The translations under genes and the position numbers were made by a program. 60,859 bases of DNA from Patescibacteria group bacterium (GTDB lineage Bacteria; Patescibacteriota; Microgenomatia; Daviesbacterales; UBA10151), in contig CALRFD010000007.1 in the NCBI GenBank assembly GCA_943356485.1, positions 1-60,859 of the forward strand, in the 5' to 3' direction. Positions 19,575 to 27,844 of the stretch are shown here, piece by piece; within the stretch, counting starts at the first letter, position 1; each line of letters starts with the position of its first letter. The notes below the pieces were generated by a model, which was not told where the DNA came from, ran no database searches, and worked only from the letters and a program-made list of their open reading frames with translations.

Positions 19575-21398
19575 TCATTGGTAACCTTTAGCTTGTAAAT
19601 TAAACAAATTTGCATACTGAGCGTTAATCTTCATCAATTCTTGATGTGAACCTGACTCTATAATTTGCCCATTGTCTATCACAAAAATCTTATCCGCATT
19701 TCTGACTGTAGAAAATCTATGGGAGATAATAATTACACTTTTATCCTTAGATAATTTTTCTACCTTACCAAATATCTCCGCTTCTGCTTTGGCATCAATT
19801 GATGAAGTTGGCTCATCCAAAATTAAAACTTGTGCATCTTTCAAAAATCCTCTGGCTAAAGCAATCCTTTGCCATTGTCCTGCTGAAAGCTCAACCCCTC
19901 CTTCAAAAGTTCTGCCTAACATTTGTTCATAACCTTTTTCTAGTTTTTGTATCATCGGATCTGCACCGGATTGTTTTGCGGCGGCAACAATTTCATCAGC
20001 TACTTCTTGTTCCCAAATTTTCCCAAAATGGATATTCTCTTTAACTTTATATTCATATCTTACAAAATCCTGAAACAAAATTCCTAAATATTTATACCAA
20101 CTGGTTAAATCTAAGTCTTTTAGATTAATCCCCTCGATCAATATCTCCCCAGAGTCTAAATCATAAAATCTAGCCAAAAGCTTAACCAAGGTGGTCTTGC
20201 CTGCTCCATTTTCACCAACCAACGCAATCTTTTCTCCGGGATTAATTGTTAAAGAAAAATCTTTAAATACTTGATGTTTACTGCCAGGATACTTAAAGTT
20301 AATATTTTTAAATTCAATCCTGGGGGCTTTATTTAACTTAAGATGTACCGGCTTTTCCGGTTGTATTATTTTAGGCTGAGCATCCAAAACTTCAAAGATG
20401 GACGAAACGTAAAGACTCTCACTAAAAAGCTTGACTATATTTCTAAAAAATCCCCCTATTCCATTTTGCAGATTGGTAATAACAGTTGTGTAATAGGAAA
20501 TATCCCCAACCGTAATTTTTTTATACAAGGCCTGCCATATAATAAAAAATAAAACAGCTATAAAAGTTACACCACTTAAGAGATTAAACAGGGCATTTAT
20601 TCCCAGGTATTTTGTGGCCAAAGTTTTATTTTCTTTATAGATATTCTCTTGGATATTTTTAAGCTCTGTTAAAAATCTGCCCGGCAGCTCAAACAGTCTC
20701 ATTTCCTTAATACTATCCCGTTCCTGAAGCAGGGTAGAAACATACCAAAATCTTTTTCTTATTTCAGCTTGAGCATCCCAGATGCCCCATGATAATTCAG
20801 ATTGTTTAATTTTACTGATCAATTCCGGAACTGCCAGGATAAAAACAACTAAAATCAGAAACGGGGATAAAGAAGCCAAAACTATAATAGAAGTTATAAT
20901 CTGTACAATACTTTGGAAAGTAAAAAGCAAATTATCCATCATATTAAGCGGTCTATATTCATATGAATCTCTTACTTTTTCTAAAGTATTTTTAAATTCA
21001 CTATTCTCAAAATATTCCATATCTAAACTGGAGATTTTGGATAATACTTTCTGGAATAAAGCTATCGGAACCTTGGTATATAACAATCTTCCAAAATAAT
21101 CCTGGGCGGAAAAGATGAGTGACTGAATCAAATATATTGCAAAGGCAACTAAAAAGAGCGTCGTCACCATATTAAAATTTGGCGGATTACCTCTGGCAAT
21201 AAAAACTGCCTGATCGATTAATAGTTTAAATACAAAAGCAAAGGCAAATGGTACTAAAGCAGATATGCTCACCGCTATTGCATTGGCGGTAATTAACCAT
21301 TTATCAATAGACCATAAAAGAGAGATCAACCTTGCTGATGTAATTAGCGTTTGTTTCAATCTCCCAATCTTTTTTGAATAATCAAATTTAAATTTCAT
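19575..21398 (-). CDS. ABC exporter, fused permease/ATPase
   Basis: TMD plus GENGAGKT, LSAGQWQR, LILDEPT. Confidence 0.95.
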   Translation of the reverse strand: MKFKFDYSKKIGRLKQTLITSARLISLLWSIDKWLITANAIAVSISALVPFAFAFVFKLLIDQAVFIARGNPPNFNMVTTLFLVAFAIYLIQSLIFSAQDYFGRLLYTKVPIALFQKVLSKISSLDMEYFENSEFKNTLEKVRDSYEYRPLNMMDNLLFTFQSIVQIITSIIVLASLSPFLILVVFILAVPELISKIKQSELSWGIWDAQAEIRKRFWYVSTLLQERDSIKEMRLFELPGRFLTELKNIQENIYKENKTLATKYLGINALFNLLSGVTFIAVLFFIIWQALYKKITVGDISYYTTVITNLQNGIGGFFRNIVKLFSESLYVSSIFEVLDAQPKIIQPEKPVHLKLNKAPRIEFKNINFKYPGSKHQVFKDFSLTINPGEKIALVGENGAGKTTLVKLLARFYDLDSGEILIEGINLKDLDLTSWYKYLGILFQDFVRYEYKVKENIHFGKIWEQEVADEIVAAAKQSGADPMIQKLEKGYEQMLGRTFEGGVELSAGQWQRIALARGFLKDAQVLILDEPTSSIDAKAEAEIFGKVEKLSKDKSVIIISHRFSTVRNADKIFVIDNGQIIESGSHQELMKINAQYANLFNLQAKGYQ

Positions 21399-21468
21399 AT
21401 GAGCTTAGTATAGGCGTTTGCTGCCTATAATCCAAGAGATTACAAGGAATCTAACCAACCTTAAATCT

Positions 21469-21503
21469 CACCTGGGGGGTGTAGAATTTAGGACACCTAG
21501 GGA
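21469..21503 (+). repeat. REP-like element family A, next to tRNA-Thr 3' end
   Basis: taggacacctaggga is identical to 42448-42462; preceded by a cacc...ggtg hairpin. Confidence 0.75.
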
Positions 21504-21509
21504 CTTATG

Positions 21510-21581
21510 AGCCAGCGGTGGGAATCGAACCCACGATCCATACTTTACGAAAGTATTGCTTTACCACTAAGCCACGCTGGC
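21510..21581 (-). tRNA. tRNA-Thr (CGT)
   Basis: Acceptor gccagcg/cgctggc; anticodon arm atact-tt-CGT-aa-agtat; CCA not encoded. Confidence 0.95.
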
Positions 21582-21584
21582 TGA

Positions 21585-22085
21585 TTAACTTAAAAAAGGT
21601 ACTATCGCTAAATGCTCCCACTCCGCAGGATTTAACTTGGCAGGGACAATAACCAACTCATTTACTGTAAAAAAGACTTCCGGCAGTTTTACCTTTGATG
21701 CAGCCAGCTGCCTTATCTCCATATCATGATCTCCATAAAGTAAACTGATATGCGGCATAAAAACATTATTTTCTACACCCAGTAGTTTTTTTGCTGCCAA
21801 GTTCAAGTTCATTAATTTAGCAGTAGAATTAACCCTGACAAAAACTGATTGGAAATACGTGGTACTAAATGAAACAGAACCCAAACTTAGCTCCAGCTTA
21901 TCGATTCCTGAAACTAAAGTTTTAACTTTCTCTTTAATTTCAAATAAATCCCCTTCTATATCTCCTAATAAAGTCATATGCGGTTCAAATTTTAGACCAT
22001 TAAACTCGCCGGCTAGTTGTTCGATAACTTTTTTAAGTTTGTTTTCCAGCTCTTCCGGTGGAATAACCCAAATTGTATAAAGCAT
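21585..22085 (-). CDS. 2H phosphoesterase (cyclic phosphodiesterase-like)
   Basis: Two HxT/S motifs: FEPHMTL and FMPHISL. Confidence 0.88.
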   Translation of the reverse strand: MLYTIWVIPPEELENKLKKVIEQLAGEFNGLKFEPHMTLLGDIEGDLFEIKEKVKTLVSGIDKLELSLGSVSFSTTYFQSVFVRVNSTAKLMNLNLAAKKLLGVENNVFMPHISLLYGDHDMEIRQLAASKVKLPEVFFTVNELVIVPAKLNPAEWEHLAIVPFLS

Positions 22086-22132
22086 ATAATTATTATACCT
22101 TTTTTATGAAATACGACCAGTTTGGATATGTA

Positions 22133-22957
22133 TTAAGAAACAGCTACTCTTCTAATCATCTCATCTCCATGCTGACTTAAATATCTTGAACCTCTTATTA
22201 ATCTGTCTATCGGTACAATCGGCATCATAAATTCTAAAGCAGAATGCTTAATAAAAGGATCATTCAATCCCGAACTTAACATTGATCCCCCAAATTTGCC
22301 GAATCTATCATCATAGACAGCATTTAATGAAATAAGGCCATTAACAAATAAGTGCTCTGTGAGTGTTAAGATAGTAATTATACTAATAGTCTCTACCGGA
22401 GTATTTAAATGACCACTAAGTCCTGCTGCAACTACTACTGGGAGTAAAGATAAGTCATAATTTAGTAAAGAAAAATATCCCATTGCGAAAGCCAGATTAT
22501 ATTTACCGCTATTAAAAAGCTTCTCCCTTTTTAAACAATTTAACAGTCCTCTATTTACCTCTTTGTTGAATGCATCCACATACCTGTCCTCAAATTTTCT
22601 ACCTGCTGTTTGATCCCTTGCTACTTTATCTGCTAATTCCTGATCATTAATAGCTATAAGCCAGGTGTCTTCTTCGCTTCTAGTCTGCATCATATTATCA
22701 CCCCGCCATAATCCTAAACGGGGCATTTTTAAAAACTTTGCTACTTTTACAAAGCCAACATCTTCATAGTCCCTGACCCTATCCTGAGGTTTTTGAACAA
22801 TTAGTATATTCCTTCTCATATCGCTTACTCTCATAAAATTATCAGCCACGGAAGGGTTGAGCTCCATAAGATCACTTGCTACACCGGAATAATTTAAATG
22901 TATTGCTCTAGAATGTTTATTTTTGTAATCACCTGAACTCATTTCAATATCAGCCAT
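22133..22957 (-). CDS. Hypothetical membrane protein
   Basis: 274-aa ORF with two hydrophobic segments. Confidence 0.7.
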   Translation of the reverse strand: MADIEMSSGDYKNKHSRAIHLNYSGVASDLMELNPSVADNFMRVSDMRRNILIVQKPQDRVRDYEDVGFVKVAKFLKMPRLGLWRGDNMMQTRSEEDTWLIAINDQELADKVARDQTAGRKFEDRYVDAFNKEVNRGLLNCLKREKLFNSGKYNLAFAMGYFSLLNYDLSLLPVVVAAGLSGHLNTPVETISIITILTLTEHLFVNGLISLNAVYDDRFGKFGGSMLSSGLNDPFIKHSALEFMMPIVPIDRLIRGSRYLSQHGDEMIRRVAVS

Positions 22958-23024
22958 ATAGCCGATATGGTAGCATTTTTTGTATAAAAAGTCAAACTAT
23001 AGGGTTTAAATTAAAGTAAATTTA

Positions 23025-23046
23025 GCTAATCCACCCGAAGGGTGGA
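23025..23046 (-). repeat. Left terminal hairpin of cassette (family A variant)
   Basis: gctaatccacccgaagggtgga; inverted match (21/22) to 29895-29916. Confidence 0.85.
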
Positions 23047-23171
23047 AATATAATTCAGGCATAGTTGGGAGCGATTCTACCCTGTTTTTAGCAAATTGTC
23101 AACCTATAATAAAAAATCTTCATTTGTTATTAAACCTAAAATCTAGTAAAATCCCTTTAGTTTTTTAAATT

Positions 23172-25793
23172 ATGCAGGAAGTAGAAAGACTAGGTTATAT
23201 TCCAAAAATAGAAATAGCTTTTAACCCTGAGCAGGGTGTGCCTTTTAATGTTAAAAAGATCAGTCCACGCTGGCAACTTTCTGTAAATAAAGCTCACTTT
23301 GAAGCCAGAGGTTTCCTGCCTGATGAGATAAATGGTGCAATATATTTAGAAGAGGAACTTTTATTACAACAAATAATAGTAAATTCACAGGCGGACGTTG
23401 AGGGGTTGCGTAAATGGCAGGAGGTGGCAAGTGAAGACCCCAAAGCTGTAGCTTTTAAATCTGCCTTTGAAAGACTGGCGGCGCTGTCATCCTTGGGAGC
23501 AAAAAATGAAACAAGAGCTCGTCAGGCCAGAAAATATTTAGAAAGATTTGCCTCAAGGTCACAAGGCTCAGATTATACTGATCAACTATTCGGCTACATT
23601 CTAAAAAATGGCTTGGGTCAAAACGAGCCAGTTGATGAAGGAGTAGTAGCATCGGTAGTAAATAATCTTCAAAGGCAGGAAACAATTGAGGGTAGAGATG
23701 TATCTACCTTGGAAGCGCTATTTTCACCTGATCTTTCTGCTGCTGCTAGAACTGCCTGGTTTGAGGCACGCTTTTTGCCCAGGCTTCAGTTTTTGGAATA
23801 CCAGGATGAATTGAGGAATAAACAGGAAGAAGCAGAAAGTAAAAGTGAGGCCTCATCTCAACCACAACCATTACCAGAGCCTACTCCACCTGAAGCAAAA
23901 GACGAATTTGAGCAGCACGGGGGAAGCAAAGAAAAAGGTGATGGTCAAGCGCTTTTTATTATAAACCCTTCTTATACAGGTTACTGGGAAGAAGATAGCT
24001 ATGATGTTATAGATGAAGCAACAGGCAGACTAATAAAATCATCGCCGCAAAAAGCGAAGAAAGAAGCTTTTAAGTTTCATGATGACTTTATAGATGGTTC
24101 TGCAAGAACAATAAGAGGATATTCAGGGACAAATTTATTTGCCTTGCCTTTAGCACCAAATTTCCAATTAACGGCCCAAGGTATCGATGAGCTAAAAAAA
24201 CAGGGTATGCAGGTATTAACCGATTCAGAGGGACATATTTTTATTCAATCACAAGCCATCATGCAATTTGAGACGGAAATTGCCATGAGTACTAAGCCCA
24301 ATAATGCCGGAGCTGTCTCAATCGATCGTAGTATTTCAGAGCAAAAATTACCGGACAAGATAGCTATGGAGTTAGACAGAATTGCTAATTTAGCAACAGG
24401 TTCTTTAGATAAAATTCAGCAATGGGTAGATTTTATACAAACCTTTTTTAAATTTCCAAGTGATGACCAATCTGAAGCATTATATGCAGCAGTTGACAAC
24501 AGCCTTTCCAGGCTGGAAACGGTAGCAGAGCGTAAATTATTAGACTGCCATCTGGCCAGAGAGTTTTTTATCGCAGGATTAAAACGGCTTGATTTGCCAA
24601 ATGTGGAGTGGCGGGCAGTAAATGGTTATTATGTAGCAGGTCAGCAACACGATGGCACTGCCCATTTACATTCTGGAATAAATCATGCCTGGGTTAAAAT
24701 TAGGTTAGATCAGGTTGGAAACTGGATAATCATTGACCCAACTCCTCCTGGGGATCCAAGCCATCAAGGAGAAGGAGCAATTGATGAATTTAGCCAGCTT
24801 TCCCCTCAACTTATTTCTAAAAAAGATTTAGATGAGATGGAGCAGGAAGCAATAACTTTTAGACAAACAAGATCTCCGGAAACTTACGATCATTATTTAT
24901 TAGAATTTGCCAGACAAGCCGGGATATCAGAGGAAGAAGCACAAAAAATTCTTGCGACACTCGCTCAAGTGGATAAACTCCAAGACCGTCAGGGTAGGTC
25001 TATTTTAGCCCGTCTTAAAGAACAATTTGACCGTATTATCCAACAATATACTGCTGTAAGGCAGGAAGATATGGGACTGGTCGAGATGAGTAGGGGGCAT
25101 GGTTTGGAAGAAGTGGTTGATGCTTATATTGATATTAGGTTTGGGTATACAGATCCATTAGGTTTTGCCAAAAAAAGGCCGGTTGAGGAAAAAGAGGAAT
25201 ACTATGGCGGATGGGATTTAGAGATTGTAGCTGATGGAAGCAGTTCAATGCAGGAGTCGTTAGGGGGCAGAGTGAAATATTTAGTTCAGCGGGATATGAG
25301 TTATCTGCTTCACCGCGGTTTACACCGCTTTTCCCAGGAGGCTCAAAGGAGGAAACTTAGATTGGTAACCCCTTTAAAAATAAGAAGCAGCCAGTATATA
25401 TTCAGAGGAAATAGGATTGAGGAGATAAAACCTTTAAGTGATGAGTTTACGCCGCTTCAAATGGCTCAACTCTGGAAGAAATCAGCCGAAAATATTGACG
25501 GAGTTACCCCTGCCCATCTTGGTTTGCAGGTTATTCTTGATAGAATACCACCAAATGAATTACAACTACTTAAAGATAAAAAACTGCTTAAGGTGGTAGC
25601 TTTAATTAGCGACGGTGGGTATGATGACCCGACAAGAGTTCAAAACCTAATTAACAGGTTGCATGAAATAAATGTCATCGTAGCAGAGTTTCGTATAACC
25701 TATGCCAAATCTTTAGAAGACCTGCCGCAAAATGTTGCAGAAAAAGTTATTGAAGCAGCCAGGTTGTTAATGCCGGAAAAGGTCAGAAAATAA
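23172..25793 (+). CDS. Transglutaminase-like + VWA domain protein
   Basis: LLDCHLA / NHAWV / IIDPTP triad; C-terminal VWA with MIDAS DGSSSM and LISDGG. Confidence 0.85.
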   Translation: MQEVERLGYIPKIEIAFNPEQGVPFNVKKISPRWQLSVNKAHFEARGFLPDEINGAIYLEEELLLQQIIVNSQADVEGLRKWQEVASEDPKAVAFKSAFERLAALSSLGAKNETRARQARKYLERFASRSQGSDYTDQLFGYILKNGLGQNEPVDEGVVASVVNNLQRQETIEGRDVSTLEALFSPDLSAAARTAWFEARFLPRLQFLEYQDELRNKQEEAESKSEASSQPQPLPEPTPPEAKDEFEQHGGSKEKGDGQALFIINPSYTGYWEEDSYDVIDEATGRLIKSSPQKAKKEAFKFHDDFIDGSARTIRGYSGTNLFALPLAPNFQLTAQGIDELKKQGMQVLTDSEGHIFIQSQAIMQFETEIAMSTKPNNAGAVSIDRSISEQKLPDKIAMELDRIANLATGSLDKIQQWVDFIQTFFKFPSDDQSEALYAAVDNSLSRLETVAERKLLDCHLAREFFIAGLKRLDLPNVEWRAVNGYYVAGQQHDGTAHLHSGINHAWVKIRLDQVGNWIIIDPTPPGDPSHQGEGAIDEFSQLSPQLISKKDLDEMEQEAITFRQTRSPETYDHYLLEFARQAGISEEEAQKILATLAQVDKLQDRQGRSILARLKEQFDRIIQQYTAVRQEDMGLVEMSRGHGLEEVVDAYIDIRFGYTDPLGFAKKRPVEEKEEYYGGWDLEIVADGSSSMQESLGGRVKYLVQRDMSYLLHRGLHRFSQEAQRRKLRLVTPLKIRSSQYIFRGNRIEEIKPLSDEFTPLQMAQLWKKSAENIDGVTPAHLGLQVILDRIPPNELQLLKDKKLLKVVALISDGGYDDPTRVQNLINRLHEINVIVAEFRITYAKSLEDLPQNVAEKVIEAARLLMPEKVRK

Positions 25794-25794
25794 T

Positions 25795-25852
25795 ATGTCA
25801 GATGAAATATTAAGATTAAGTGCAGATCAGGTTAGAGAAATGTTAAAACAGG
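25795..25852 (+). repeat. Shared 5' leader, copy 1
   Basis: 58 nt, 2 mismatches versus 26637-26694; first 24 nt identical to 29869-29892. Confidence 0.95.
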
Positions 25853-26619
25853 GCGAGATGGATATTCCCACTATTCCTCTTATAGAACCACAGATACCTG
25901 GTGATTCTATGATAGAACGTGCAAAAGAGGTTTTGGGAAAGGATTTTATGGGAGTAGAAGCAGTCAGGAATATGGAAAGTAAACTTAAAGGGGTTGGGGT
26001 AAATGTAGAATTTGTATTAGATAATATTCCCCTCCTGCCTTATGATGAACAGGATCTACAACTTGCCAAACAGAATGGAGAGATGTTAGTTCTTAGACCA
26101 GAAGAAATGGAAAGAGATGAAGGAAAAATGCCTCTAACTTTGATGAATTTCCGTAAGTTATTCAGTAAAAACCCACTAGGAAAGACAGGGGCTATATTTG
26201 GCACTAATTGGTATACAAGAGAAAAGTTTGCAACACAGGCTGGAGAGATAAAATTAGGCTGGTCATTGGTAAGGAAGGATGTTTTGATGGTAAGAAGAGG
26301 TGTTTTGGATGGTGCCATCTTTACTAGCTGGAATAAACAAGAAGGGCTTCTTCAGCAGTATGGAGAAGGTTTAAAAATACAAGGAGCTAAAAATGTCTCT
26401 GTCAGACGCAGGACTGCGCTGGAAGCTGTTTATGATACTCTTCTATATTATGTAAATACCGGAGAAAAACTACTTCTTGATAAATACGATTGGGGTCAAA
26501 CTAAAACATCCGTTGGTAGTTACGTGTACCTAGGTCGTTTCAATACAGGTGGTCTACGTGCGTTCCGCATCATACCTGGGCACTCGTACTACAGTATCGG
26601 TGTGTGCGCCACTAGGTAG
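25795..26619 (+). CDS. Leader-bearing protein 1; C-type-lectin-like DGR-target-like protein
   Basis: N-terminal MSDEILRLSADQVREMLKQ; C-terminal YDW.....G..V.LG.F...GL......P......GV...R* pattern. Confidence 0.75.
   Translation: MSDEILRLSADQVREMLKQGEMDIPTIPLIEPQIPGDSMIERAKEVLGKDFMGVEAVRNMESKLKGVGVNVEFVLDNIPLLPYDEQDLQLAKQNGEMLVLRPEEMERDEGKMPLTLMNFRKLFSKNPLGKTGAIFGTNWYTREKFATQAGEIKLGWSLVRKDVLMVRRGVLDGAIFTSWNKQEGLLQQYGEGLKIQGAKNVSVRRRTALEAVYDTLLYYVNTGEKLLLDKYDWGQTKTSVGSYVYLGRFNTGGLRAFRIIPGHSYYSIGVCATR
26485..26619 (+). other. Putative DGR variable region
   Basis: Shift to NNC/NNT codons (tac, agt, cgt, ttc, cgc, atc, cac, tgc) between fixed G/W/P scaffold residues at the 3' end. Confidence 0.6.
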
Positions 26620-26636
26620 TTTTAGAGGAAGAATAT

Positions 26637-27815
26637 ATGTCAGAAGAAATATTAAGATTAAGTGCAGATCAGGTTAGAGAAATGCTAAAACAGGAAGAAT
26701 ATAGAAAACTACTTTCCGCAATTGATTCCTATTCGTCTCTAGAACCAATTACATCTAGAACTTCACCCTCCAATACAATTCAAGCTGTAAGAGAATTAAT
26801 ACATTCTCATTCAGAAGACGATAAAATTGCTGGTACTAGAATGACAATATTGAACGCAAGAACTAGAATTAGCAAAGATCCAGGTATAGAGCCTCCTTTA
26901 ACAAAGGAATTAGTAGCACAACTTGCAGAAGCCTTAAAAACTAACCAGCCGTTACTTGGAGGTATAGAGGAAATACTGGATGTAGCAAATGTTTTAGGGA
27001 CAGATATTTCGGAAGAGCACAGGCGTTTAAATGAAGAAAGCAATGGCACTGTTGGAAAAAGGTTTTTTGATGAAATGGAAGCGCTTGCCATAAGAGTGAA
27101 GAAAGGAGATGGGCAAGTAGAACCTCAACTGTTCAGGCTTGCTTTTGCAGGAGAAGCGCTGTTTTCAACCCCGGAATATAAAAGCTATGATAAACTTGAG
27201 CTTGCACAAATAGCATTGAGGAATGCACGAAGAAAGGGCTTTTCACCAGCCTGGAAAAGGTTAGTTCCTCCGACATATGACGAAATAAGTGAAAGAGCCG
27301 CAAGTTTGAGCGGACGCGAATTGGGAAAATTACCTGCAGGACAAGTTTTAGCATTAATTGAGGAAAGAAAGCTAAAAGTGGGACAGCTTGTAGACATGGT
27401 TATAGATGATGAAGTAAGAAATCTTGTACGCAAACAAGCTCAAAGCGTCATCAATAGTCTCATAAGAGAGCACATAGAACATCCAAGTATTACAAGTATA
27501 ATATGGGAGTTGTTAGTAGCTTTGGAAGGTGAGGGAATAGCAAAATCAAATTTAGCAGATGTGGCTTTGGTAATCGTTGAAATGCAGGTTAAGAAAGCAG
27601 AAAAATATAGGGAAAACATTTCTACAGAATATTTAAGTTTAAACTTTCGTTCTACTAATTACGATTGGCTTAACTCAATAAGACCAACAGGTTTTTTTAA
27701 GTTGGACAAAAGAATAAGTAAAGAAGAAGCTAATAGAGATAGACTATATTTCTCTAATCTTGAAGAACTTTTAGTTAGTATATACCATGGGATAGTTGAG
27801 CAGATAACAAAATAA
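26637..27815 (+). CDS. Leader-bearing protein 2 (unknown, likely helical, domain)
   Basis: MSEEILRLSADQVREMLKQ, then unrelated to protein 1; gagga SD upstream. Confidence 0.8.
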   Translation: MSEEILRLSADQVREMLKQEEYRKLLSAIDSYSSLEPITSRTSPSNTIQAVRELIHSHSEDDKIAGTRMTILNARTRISKDPGIEPPLTKELVAQLAEALKTNQPLLGGIEEILDVANVLGTDISEEHRRLNEESNGTVGKRFFDEMEALAIRVKKGDGQVEPQLFRLAFAGEALFSTPEYKSYDKLELAQIALRNARRKGFSPAWKRLVPPTYDEISERAASLSGRELGKLPAGQVLALIEERKLKVGQLVDMVIDDEVRNLVRKQAQSVINSLIREHIEHPSITSIIWELLVALEGEGIAKSNLADVALVIVEMQVKKAEKYRENISTEYLSLNFRSTNYDWLNSIRPTGFFKLDKRISKEEANRDRLYFSNLEELLVSIYHGIVEQITK

Positions 27816-27844
27816 TTTGTGCTTTAAGCCTGCTTGAGCTATAA

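Noticed and set aside
25795-27815. Polymorphic toxin-immunity pairs
   Set aside because: No recognisable toxin motif, small immunity ORFs or secretion signal.
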